Assembly: GCA_038087875.1 (NCBI GenBank)
Contig: JAXLNO010000455.1
Span: 1-64,000 of the forward strand
From: Malacoraja senta
Taxonomy: Eukaryota
Length of the DNA: 64,000 nucleotides
Reading direction: 5' to 3'
Of the stretch, positions 11,601 to 21,609 are shown piece by piece. The translations under genes were made by a program, and so were the position numbers. Positions within the stretch are counted from its first letter, which is position 1, and each line of letters starts with the position of its first letter. The notes below the pieces were generated by a model. That model was not told the DNA's origin, made no database searches, and worked only from the letters and a program-made list of their open reading frames with translations.

Positions 11601-13665
11601 GAAATTGGCATCCAAAGGGCAACCGTAGCTATTCAAGCTGCGTTCAGGGGCATGAAGGTACGGAGAGAGATCCGGAACAAACAGAAGGCAGCAACGGTAC
11701 TAAAAGCAGGCACATTTACAAAACCATTATGTAGGTATGTTACAATATTTCAGCGGCGCTGTAATTCTGCCACTGGCCGTGTGCGCGATTTTGGCGCCTT
11801 TGAGGGGGGCGGGGTTAAAACGCGGGTTTCTCCTACCTTGTCCTGTATTATATTTCGTTGGAGTACAAGCGTTTGCTGAAAAATCGTTCCTACGGGCGTT
11901 TTGTGTATTTTTTATTTTTGATTAAATCGACAATGTCAGCGCTGGAGTTATTTTAAAATCAGCTTCGAAAGCCGTCAACGTCGACAACGGGGACGAATTT
12001 CACACACGGGACAGGTAAACGAAAGCAGTTTATTTTAATGTATAAAAGTGCTTCTTAAGAAGCCTTTAATTCATATTTTTTTAATGCGAAACGGTGATTC
12101 TTTTCCCCGAACTAACGGCAGAATTTTTCATGCCGATACGGGTTAAATTCTCCGCAAATCAACGTTCCAAATGGTAGCGTTCCAGAAAACCACACTCGCA
12201 AAATGATTTAAATGGCCACTAATTTACAGGTATTAAACATGCAATTCCTTCCATTTGGCCTGTAAATCCATGACAATGGGATTTAAAAATTATGTTATAT
12301 TGTGAATTATTGTGTGAATGTTATTTGGACACTTAGGCTATTTTAAAATGTTAATCTATTCTTAAGAAATTGATAGATGTTTAGATCTAGTAATTGAATT
12401 TTGTAATTAGCTACAATTAGGTAACTAACTAATTATATGCTTTAATTTCATGTCATCTAAGTAAGATTGTTTCATATTCGTTTCAGAATGCTTCAATCTA
12501 TAATAACTGTAAATTTCTTTCAGTTCTCTTAATTTTTAAGAAAGTTATGGGCTTTTGACTGTCCTCGATCACAGCTTTTGTGTTAAGTCAATGGAAAAGC
12601 AATAGGGAACAAGATGCTAATTTCCGAGTTTGCAAATGGCCATAACGTTTTTAATAGTGAAGATATGAAAGTGAATTAGGTGTCAAATTAAACTTATTTT
12701 TATGCTTTATCTGATGGGATAAATTGCAGACTTTATTTTTAAAATCTCAAAATTTTGTAACATTGCTACATTATGGGGCAAACCTTCAAATGTAAAGTGA
12801 TCGCAAGACTTACATGAAGGTACGCAGAAGCGTTGTACTGCTTCAGCCTGCCTACCGAGGAATGGTTGTTCGAAAGCAATTGCGGTGCATGCACAAATCT
12901 GCCAAGGTCATACATACTTATTATCAGATGCATAAACAGCGTCGATATTTCAAGAAACTACGCCGGTCTGCCATTGCGGTACAGCAACGATGCAGAGCTT
13001 GCCAGATAAGAGATGTCCAAGTGAGACATTATAATAGTTTGAGAAAAGCAGTGGTTTGTATTCAGACCTTCTACCGCGGGATTAAAGCCAGATAATTGGT
13101 TGAGAAAATCAAGGCAGCACGCCATATTAAGTCAGTCTTAATGATGTGCATTACAAGAAAATATTTCTTGATGCAAAAGGCGGCTGTAGTCACTCTGCAA
13201 GCTGCATACCGTGGTTGCCGATTAAGGATACGGTCCAGAGCTATGCGACAAGCAGTCATTTCGATCCAGAGATGGTACAAAGCATGCATAATAGGGCATT
13301 CCCAGTTTGTGCAATATCAGTCAATGAGGTACGCAACTATTACCATTTAGGCTGCCTACAAGAGTATGGTGGTTAGGCAGTGGCTTAAGCAAAAGAGGGC
13401 TACTGTAAAAGTGCAGTCAGTACTCCGTATGAGTTGGTATAGGAAAGACCTAAGGAGACAAATACATGCACAACAGAAAAGGCTTATACGATACAAAAGT
13501 CTTAAACGATATAGGAAAGACTTCCTCAAACTGATTTATACAGCAGTTCTAGTGCAGTCTCACTACCGTGCTTATGTAGTAAGAAAAATATACAGAGCGC
13601 AAATCAAAGCCACTGTTGTATTGCAAAGAAAATATAGATCCTACTTCTTGATGAATAACCAGAAA
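11601..13665 (+). pseudogene. ASPM: Captured ASPM-like IQ-motif array, disrupted and split by the insertion at 11732-12768
   Basis: Tandem IQ motifs with 22-30 aa spacing typical of ASPM: IQAAFRGMKVRR, LQPAYRGMVVRK, IQTFYRGIKAR, LQAAYRGCRLR, IQRWYKA, VQSHYRA, LQRKYRS. Stops at 12793, 13093 and 13348. Confidence 0.85.
11732..12768. mobile_element. 1037-bp non-autonomous TIR DNA transposon (hAT-like, 7-bp TSD)
   Basis: TIRs TAGGTATGTTACAA and TTGTAACATTGCTA (12/14 match). Perfect TSD CATTATG at 11725-11731 and 12769-12775. No transposase ORF. Confidence 0.9.
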
Positions 13666-14174
13666 GGTGATTTAAGAAGACAAATAGACGAACAAGTGAA
13701 AAGGCTTAAACGATACAAACAACGGTTAAATATATGTGTGACGATAGGCAAAAAGCTGTTAATAGAAAATTCTAAAGAAGAGAGGCTTGTCGGTCGAGAC
13801 AAAAGTATGCAGGACCGATTGCGATTAGGACACTTCACTATAGTCCAGCATGGAGCTTCCTTCACTGAGCATTGGACAAATGGTTATGCATTGCAGAATG
13901 TTATTATACAACAAGAGCTGATAAATACGCAGCGCCAGGAAATTGAGCGACAGAGGAAGCTGCTGAAAAACGAAAACCTGCAGTCATGTGTCAGATCCCA
14001 CCTACAAATAAGGAACAGAAACAGAGGAAATGTTAACTTTAGCAGAATATCAGGAACAGGAAGAAATCTACAAATTAGATTAGGATCTTTAAAAAGGGAA
14101 GAGGCAGAAATACAGGTAAGCTAGAGTGATTAGAAAGAGTGTGCAATTTACACACAAGGGAACGGAAAAGGATA
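13666..14174 (+). pseudogene. TLK2: Captured intron-less fragment of tousled-like kinase (TLK2-like coiled-coil region, no kinase domain)
   Basis: [65 protein letters not shown]. Across frameshifts it continues [60 protein letters not shown]. The residues CVT, RDKS and GYA favour TLK2 over TLK1. Confidence 0.9.
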
Positions 14175-14363
14175 ACACATAAAGCAAGGGGTAATGTATT
14201 TGGTTTAAGGAAGATGTGGAATGAACCATTATAATGCTGTTTAGATACGATTATTACAGTTATGAGGATGTAATATAAGATGACTGTAATAATATAATTT
14301 TACAACAGTGTGTTAATCAATTATATTTAATGTAATAGAAATGGTTTTATTCGCCTTCAAGCT

Positions 14364-14376
14364 AAAGGGGGTGCAG
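14364..14376 (+). promoter_or_regulatory. Polypurine tract
   Basis: AAAGGGGGTGCAG lies immediately before the 3' LTR. Confidence 0.75.
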
Positions 14377-14592
14377 TGTAATGTATATAATGTAAATGGT
14401 GTTATCTACCTCCAAGTTAAAGGGGGAGCAGTGTGATGTATGTAATATAATGAGCATATGTTATGTCTTGTGCAAGGGGACGCACGCGCTGGGGGAGACT
14501 GAAGGTGGCGTCATAGAATAAAGAAGCTTGTCAGTTTACTCCTCTATCTGAGAGTTCTTCTGAGTCAGTTCCAAGCACCCAAATACACTACA
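14377..14592 (+). repeat. 3' LTR (216 bp) with AATAAA at 14517-14522
   Basis: Direct repeat of 7232-7446 with TG..CA ends. Confidence 0.95.
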
Positions 14593-16094
14593 ATTATAAA
14601 GAAATAGAAAAGTGTGTGATGTCTAGATGTGTGAAAAGGAAAAGGGGGGAAAGAGGGGAAGATAAAAAAGAAGAAGTAGAGAGTAGGAGATTGTAGGAGA
14701 TAGTTATTTATATCCTTGACCATCCTTCACCCAGTCCTGAAACAGTTGGTTTCTACGATTTTGTTGCACCATATGCTTCCAAGAAGTCGATAAACAGAGA
14801 CCAACTCGTTAAGAATTGGTCTGTTTTGTCTGTTAGGAGGAATCGCATTTCTTCAAGATGTGCGGTTTCCAACATGTTTGAAATCCACATTTTAAGCGTT
14901 GGTATGGGTGTATTTTTCCAAAATTTAAGTATGAGTTTTTTTGCCGTTATTAACCCATAATTAAAAACTGCATTTTGAAATGTGTTCAGTTTGTTCCCAT
15001 CTTCCGTTACTCGAAGTATAATAATTTCAGTGTTAGGCTCCATTTTTATCTTGAATGGTTTTGTAAATATTTCAAAGACGTCGCACCAGAATTTATGAAG
15101 TTTTATGCAGGAAACAAAAGAGTGTGTTATAGTGGCATTTTGAGATAAACATTTATCACAAATGGGAGAAGTATTTGGATAAAATTTAATCAGTCTAGTT
15201 GTTGAATAATATAATCTATGTAGAATTTTGAATTGAACTAAGTTATGTCTTACGTTAATCGAACATTTGTGTATATATATCAAATGCTTTTCCCATGTTT
15301 CATTCGTAATTTTTATCATTAATTATCGTTCCCAATCTTCTCTAAGTGCCTCTGTCGATGGTAGTTCTATTGTTTAAAATACCATTATATAAATATGATA
15401 TTAATTTCTGTGAGTCAGCCTTAATATTCATTGCTTCTTCCAGTGGATCTAAAGCTAAAGTTTGATATCTTTGTATATATTTCTTCATGAAGTCGCAGAT
15501 CTGAAGGTATTTAAAATATTGGTTATTTTTCAGCTTACATTTTTATTGTAATTGTTGGAATGATAATAGGTTTCCCATATCATACATATCGCCGATCCTT
15601 TTAATGCCCATTATTTCCCATTGATTATATGTTTTATCGGTGAGAGATGGTTTAAATGAAGGATTATTCACTATTGGCGTTAACAGTGATTTTAAAGTTA
15701 ATTTTATTTGTTTCCAAATTCATATTGTATTGTGGATAATTGGATTACTTTTATATATTGTGTTGTTCAGTTTTATCGGGGAGAAGAGGATAGCTCCTAT
15801 ATTACAAGGAGAGCAATCCTCTTTCTCCATTCTTAACCATTCTGTCTGTTGGGTAGGACTGTCCAACCAATAAATTATATTTTTAATGTGCACTGCCCAA
15901 TAATAATACAAAAAGGTCGGAAGTGAAAGTGTCCCCCAGCGTCTTTGGGTTTACACAGGTGTGTTCTTTCAATTCTATGTGATCTATAGTCCCAAATAAA
16001 GTTAGCAATGTTAGAGTCTAGTTTTTTGAAGAAGTTTTTTGGTATGTATAATGGTATAGATTGAAATAGGTATAATATTTGTGGTAAAAAGATC

Positions 16095-19000
16095 TGTTTT
16101 ATTTTATTATTATTTTTTTTATTTTTTTTAAAGAATATTTTTTATTGGAGGTAAATACATATCATATTAACGTCGTTACCAGTCTTACATTTTTGAATTA
16201 ATAATATTGTCAAATATTATTACATTGTCTCCAATACTTTTTTTTGATTTTTTAAACTAAATAGAACTAAAAAGATAGATGAAATAAAGAAAGAAAAGAG
16301 AGAAAAGAAAAAGAAAAAAAAGAAACAAAGAAAACAAAAAAGAAATAGATAATAAAGAAGAATGGAATAACTTACTAACATAAAAAACTTCATTCGAGAT
16401 ATATTCGTACATTTCAGAATATAACATTTCATCTATTCCTTGGCTCGAGTGCTAGTCAGGTTCTCGTGCTGAACCGTTCTGACCCTTTAGATAATCAATA
16501 AATGGAGACCATGTTCCAACAAATAGTTCTTGTTTGTCCAACAGGACAAGTCTAATTCTTTCTAAGTGTAAGGTCTCCGTCATTTCTATAATCCACATTT
16601 TAATTGTGGGGGTTATAGGGCCTTTCCAAAATTTTAGAATTAATTTTTTCCCAGTTATTATACTATAATCAATAAAGTTTCTTTGAGTTGTTGAAAATGT
16701 TTGATTTAGTTCTAATATTCCTAGTATTATTAATTTTGGATCCGGGTCCAATTGAGTGCTGGTCACTTTAGATATTATTCTAAAAACATTTGCCCAGAAT
16801 TTTTTAATTTTTATGCAATTTGCAAACATATGAGATAAGTTAGCTTCTAAATGTTGACATTTATCACATATAGGTGAGATATGTGGGAAGATTGTATTTA
16901 ATTTTGTTTTAGAATAATGTAACCTGTGTATTACTTTGAATTGTATTAGAGAATGTCTGGCATTTAATGACCATTGATGTATGTGTTGTAAACTTTCTTC
17001 CCAAGTATCTTTCGTTATTATTTGATTTAATTCTTTTTCCCATGTTTGTCTATGTAAGTCCGTCGATGGAATATCGCTGTCTGATAAAATATTATATATG
17101 TAATATATTATTTTTTCTGTATTAGGATGTTTATTCCAACAGTCGTCAAGAATTTCTGAATTTCTAAATCTAAAGTTTTGAGTATTTGCTTTTACATAAT
17201 CTCTAAGTTGAAGATATCTGAAAAAATCATTTACTTGAAATCCATAAGTCTGTTGCAACTCCAGAAATGAAAGAAAAGTCCCTTCCTTGTAAAGTTGTCC
17301 CATCTTTTTAATGCCATCGTTTTTCCATTGTGTGAAATCTTTGTCCAACCATGAGGGCTTAAACAAAGGATTATTCACGATTGGAAGAAAAAGTGATAAG
17401 TTATCTAATTTTAATGTCTTTTTTAATTGTTTCCAAATTCGCATAGCACTATATATTATAGGATTTTCCCTATAATTTTTTTTGTTTAATTTAGAAGTAG
17501 CAAATAGTATTGAGCCGATTTCAAAAGGTGAACAATCTTCCTTTTCCATTTTTAACCAATCTGGTTGTTGATCTATTTCTTCCAACCAAAAATTCATTTT
17601 TTTAATGTTAACTGCCCAAAAATAAAACAAAAAGTTTGGTAAAAACCTCCATTTATTTTTGATTTGCACAGATGTTTTTTGCTTATCCTATGATTCTTAT
17701 AATCCCAGATAAAATCACTGACAATGGAATCCAACTTTTTAAAAACGTTTTTTGACAAGTATATCGGAATTGTTTGAAAAAGGTATAATATTTGCGGTAA
17801 GAAAATCATTTTTATGGCATTAATTTTACCAACCATTGAGACAGGAAGTGTTTTCCAATACTGAATATTCTTATGTACTTTATTCAGTAATGGGGGGGGG
17901 GGATTTGCTTTAAATAATGATGTATATGTCTTAGTGACATAAATTCCTAGGTATTTGAATTTTTCGTTTACTATTTTAAACGGAAATTGTTGTATTTAAA
18001 CGGAAATAGTTGTATTATATGTTTATTATGTTCCCTTATTGGCATAATTTCACTTTTATTCCAATTTATCCAGAGAGTGAACCAAATTGGGTTATTAGCT
18101 TTAATAAATTTGGAATACTAATTTCTGGTTTTCTAATGTAAATTAATACATCATCTGCATATAGAGAAATTGTATTCACTGTATCCTTTGTGTTATACCC
18201 ATATATTTCCGGATGCGTCCTAACTCTTTCTGCGAGTGGCTCAATAGCAAGCGCATATAATAATGGAGACAACGGGCATCCTTGTCTGCAACCTCTAGAT
18301 AGGTTAAATTTAGATGATAACCTTTGGTTTGTTAATATCCTAGCCGTAGGGTTGGTATATAACAGTTTATCCATGTGCAGAATTTCTCGCCCAGCTGCAA
18401 TTTTTCCATCACGGAAAATAAGTAGGGCCATTCCACCTGATCAAAAGCTTTTTCAGCATCAAGTGAGATTATTGCTAGATTTTCATTAATAATTCTCTTT
18501 GAATATATTATATTAAATAATCTTCTTAGATTATAATATGAATAGCGTTTCTGAATAAAGCCTGTTTGGTCAGGGTGTATTAATTTATTCATCACTGTAC
18601 TTAATCTGTGCGCTAAAATTTTAGTTAGTATTTTTTGATCTGTATTTAAAAGTGCAATTGCTCTATATGATCCTGGGTCTTCCGGATCCTTATCAGCTTT
18701 AGGAATAAGTGTTATTATAGATTCGTTTAAGGTATCTGGGAGTTTCTGTTGAGTATAAATATGCTCATACAGCATTTGTAAACGTGGAGAGAGCAGGTCG
18801 TAAATTTTTTTGTAAAATTCAGAGCCTAAACCATCTGGTCCTACTGCTTTACCATTTTTTAAAGATCCAATAGACTCTTCAAAATATTTTATCGTAATCT
18901 CCGCTTCTAGTAATTCTCTATCTTTTGAGTCTAAACCTTTTAAATTACATTTTTGTAAAAATTCTGCTATTCCTTCTGGTTGTACTACAGTTTTAGTTGA

Positions 19001-19520
19001 ATAAAGATTGTGATAGTATTGGAGAAATCTCTCGTTTATATCCTTGGGCAGTTTGAATAATTCTCCTGTATCTGTTCTAATTTTATGAATTATTTTTCCC
19101 CCTCCATTTTTCGTAGCTGACGTGCGAATAGTTTTTGTGGTTTGTCTCCGAACTCAAAATGTAATTGTTTAGTGTGTTGATAAAGTTTTATTACTTGTTC
19201 TGAATACACTTTGTTTAGTTTATATTTCAATACAGCAATTTTATTATGTTTTAACATAGATGGCATTCTCGCATTTTCTATATCTAGTTGCTTTATTTCC
19301 CTTTCCAATGTTTGTTGTTTAATCCGGTTCACTTTGTTATAAAATACTTGGGCAGAAATTAATGCGCCTCTGACAAAGGCTTTAAATGTTTCCCAAATAA
19401 GAGAAACAGACGTGTCAGGGTTGTCATTAGTCTCGAAAAATGTTTGAATCTGAAAAACAAACATATTGGAGATTTAACCCACAAATATTGAATGAAAGAT
19501 CATGCCAGGAATATCTTATT
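16095..19520 (-). mobile_element. L1-B: 5'-truncated, 5'-inverted L1 nested in L1-A ORF2
   Basis: A-rich tail at 16095-16146. ORF2 pieces include SYRAIALLNTD, SLDAEKAFD, GCRQGCPLSP, LYADD and CDKC..H..C, with the stop at 16452. TSD AAAAGATC at 16087-16094 and 19521-19528. Inverted piece at 19453-19520. Confidence 0.92.
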
Positions 19521-21371
19521 AAAAGATCATTTTTATAGCGTTTATTCTGCCTATTAATGACAACGGGAGTGTTTTCCAGAATTTAATCAACACGTTCAAT
19601 TTATTTAATAAAGGCGTAAAATTAGCATTAAATAATGATTTGTATTTTCTAGTAATTTGGATACCCAAATGCTTAAATATTTCTGTTGCAATTTTAAAGG
19701 GGAATTTTAATAGGTGTCGATTCTTGAGGATTTAACGTCATGATTTCACTTTTATTCCAGTTTATTCTGTATCCTGAAAAATAACCGAATTCCTCTATTA
19801 AATTTTATAAGTTTGGTATGCTCGTTTGCGAATTTGTAATGTATAGAAATATATCGTCTGCGTATAATGAAATTTTATTATTTGAGTCCTTTGTATTATA
19901 TCCCCGACTATTCGGATGAAACATACTTTCAGCTAAGGGCTCTATCATCAGGGCAAATAGCCGGGGTGATAATGCACATCTCTGCCTATTGCCCCTCGAT
20001 AATTGAAATTTTGGAGATAACATGTCATTAGTTAATATTCTTGCCGTCGGTTTGTCATATAATAATTTTACCCATACAATAAAATTCTCTCCCATATTAT
20101 TTTTTTTGCAGTACTTTATATAAATACTGCCACACTACCTGATCAAATGCTTTATCTGCGTCCAGAGAAACCATTGATATATCTTCCTCTTCCGTTTTAT
20201 GTGAGTACATTATATTAAACAGGCGTCTCAAATTATTAAATGAATGTCTTTTGTGTATAAACCCCGTTTGATCTGGATTTATCTATTTACTAACATATTT
20301 ACTCAATCTTCATGCTAAGGTCTTTGCAAAAATTTCTGAGCTGTATTTAAAAGTGATATAGCTCTATATGAGCCTCGTTCTTCTAAATCTTTATCTTTTT
20401 TGGTATAAGCGTAATAGTTGATTCATCTAATGTTTGTGGTAGTTTATTTTCTTTAAAGGCGTGAGTATATAATTTAAGTAAACGTGGAGCCGTTATCTCG
20501 TGAAATCTTTTGTAAAATTCATTGCTAAAACCATCTGGTCCAGGGGTCTTACCATTTTTCAGCGATTTTATTGTTTCCCCTATTTCTTCAAGTGTAATCT
20601 GAGCTCATAATTCCTCTTGTTCCGAGAGGTCAAGTTTTGGAAGATTACAGTTATCTAAAAAAATTATAATTTTGCTATCTTCTGTTTTAGTTTTAGATGT
20701 ATATAAATGTTGGTAAAATTGAGCAAATCTTTTGTTAATATCCTTAGGTAATGTTAGTAATTCACCTTTCTCTGATTTAATTTTAGTGATAGTATTTTCC
20801 TTTTCTTGTATTTTCAAATGACGAGCTAAATGTTTATGTGGTTTATCACCAAATTCAAAATGTTCCTGTTTTGTAATTTGGAATAATCTTACTACTCTTG
20901 CCGATAAAATTCTGTTAAGTTTAAATTTCAATAGTGTTTTCTTATTATGTTTATCTGTACTTGGATCTTTGGCATTATCTAACTCTAATTGTCAGATTTC
21001 TTGTTCTAACTTCAGTTGTTCTGTCTTATTCTTTTTATTTTGGAAAATTTGATATGAGATTATAACTCCTCTGATAAATGCCTTGAAAGTTTCCCATAAT
21101 AATGTAGGTGAAATGCCTGGTGTATCATTTGTCTAAAAAAAATGTCATTTGTTGTTTTAGATATATATAACCTTGTGTATTGTTTAAGATTTGGGCGTTA
21201 AACCTCCAGAAAGGTTTTTTACCCGGCATTCCCTCAAATCTTAATAGAAACGTCAACGGTGAGTGATCGGAAATAATACTGTTGTGGTATTTAGGATTGA
21301 TTGTATATGGAATAAATTTTCTATCCACTAAGAAATAATCAATTCGTGAATAAGTTTTATGTACCGATGAG

Positions 21372-21609
21372 CATAGAAACATAGTAAACATAGAAAATAG
21401 GTGCAGGAGTAGGCCATTCGGCCCTTCGAGCCTGCACCGCCATTCAATATGATCATGGCTGATCATCCAACTCAGTATCCTGTACCTGCCTTCTCTCCAT
21501 ACCCCCTGATCCCTTTAGCCACAAGGGCCACATCTAACTCCCTCTTAAATATAGCCAATGAACTGACCTCAACTACCTTTTGTGGCAGAGAGTTCCAGAG
21601 ATTCACCAC
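21372..21609 (-). mobile_element. CR1 LINE 3' fragment with (TTCTATGT)n tail, nested in the L1-A endonuclease region
   Basis: Reverse complement closely matches ~60482-60720 of the full-length CR1 in this window. Confidence 0.93.

Larger units (their letters stand above)
7232..14592 (+). mobile_element. Non-autonomous Gypsy (Mag/K02A2.6-like) LTR retrotransposon carrying captured host sequence
   Basis: Two TG..CA LTRs, a PBS, a PPT, Gag N-terminal, zinc-knuckle and protease remnants; no RT or integrase recognised. Inserted in the L1-A 3'UTR. The TSD is only imperfect (GTAAT vs ATTAT). Confidence 0.92.

Noticed and set aside
11146..11636. Minus-strand ORFs with ALDLCPF or LLHLTFV repeats
   Set aside because: Antisense shadows of the 21-bp repeat; the plus frame has Gag and IQ homology.
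11601..14174. Interpretation as the genuine ASPM or TLK2 locus
   Set aside because: The fragments are partial, fused, intron-less, carry stops and frameshifts, and lie between LTRs.
7227..14597. Clean 5-bp TSD for the LTR element
   Set aside because: Flanks GTAAT and ATTAT match at only 3 of 5 positions, so this was not used as evidence.
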